A DNA stretch of 61,702 nt, counting the filler. It is 4 parts of 4 records of this genome, joined end to end, with 100 filler letters (N's around TTAATTAATTAA, not from the genome) between each part and the next. Parts side by side here need not be neighbours in the genome. Positions count along the whole stretch, not along the records: positions 54,786 to 61,702 come from DRR723986_9337; 3 more parts are not named here. The stretch is one strand, 5' to 3'. A program made the position numbers and the translations under genes. Shown here one piece after another: positions 61,507 to 61,702 of this stretch. The notes below the pieces were generated by a model. The model was not told where the DNA came from and ran no database searches. It was given only the letters and a program-made list of their open reading frames with translations. Each line of letters starts with the position of its first letter. The stretch's first letter is position 1.

Positions 61507-61702
61507 TATAATTAACGACCCTGCGTGCGCGCGTTTACCTGCGGTACGCTTTTTGATCTTCTTGTTAACCAGTGATGCACAATCGCTAAACTATTGAACT
61601 CTAATGTTTTTCACCAATCGGCCAGTAGAACCGGCTTAAAGTCGTTCAGGCTGTACTCTGCTGACTCAGTGACAAACAAAAAGAAAAAGCAAGCCACATG
61701 TA

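Noticed and set aside
61507..61702. Possible terminator (GCGTGCGC...GCGGTACGCTTTTT) or ncRNA after the giant gene
   Set aside because: The stem is imperfect and there is too little context to call it with confidence.

Overview
This window is not one genomic locus. It is four contigs joined by three identical artificial 100-nt linkers (N44-TTAATTAATTAA-N44 at 11189-11288, 42857-42956 and 54686-54785), and the contigs appear to come from four different bacteria; the taxonomy is inferred from gene content and sequence style only. (1) 1-11188 is a high-GC alphaproteobacterium (Roseibium/Labrenzia-like): partial tRNA-Met(CAT), mnmA, and a Caulobacter-type flagellar cluster (fliK-flgD, sciP, fliF-fliG-fliH-fliN-flbD-flhA') with readable sigma54, FlbD (ftr) and CtrA sites. 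(2) 11289-42856 is Roseobacter-group. It holds an uncharacterised catabolic locus (GcvT-type dehydrogenase, LysR, PrpD family, non-pyrrolysine MttB, two-Cys racemase/isomerase, PLP aminotransferase, hydantoinase A/B, decayed M24 hydrolase). That is followed by a detached motB-flgE-flgK-flgL-flgI block, a decaying patch of secreted-protein genes, gpmI-envC-ctpA, conserved hypotheticals, an apparently ATPase-dead ABC/cNMP fusion, a CPBP protease and accD'. (3) 42957-54685 is a Marinobacter-like gammaproteobacterium: M23 peptidase, PqqT-like ABC importer, ErbR/AgmR, NahK/ErcS-type kinase, NosP, porin, WS/DGAT and an alpha/beta hydrolase. (4) 54786-61702 is an FCB-group organism encoding the 3' 2239 codons of a giant T9SS cargo protein with repeated Ig + 7-bladed FG-GAP propeller modules. 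The best candidates for undescribed biology are the segment-2 catabolic locus, the PQQ-import/NosP/ErbR/wax-ester neighbourhood, the degenerate ABC-cNMP protein and the multi-propeller adhesin. No CRISPR array, rRNA, transposase, integrase or phage gene was seen.
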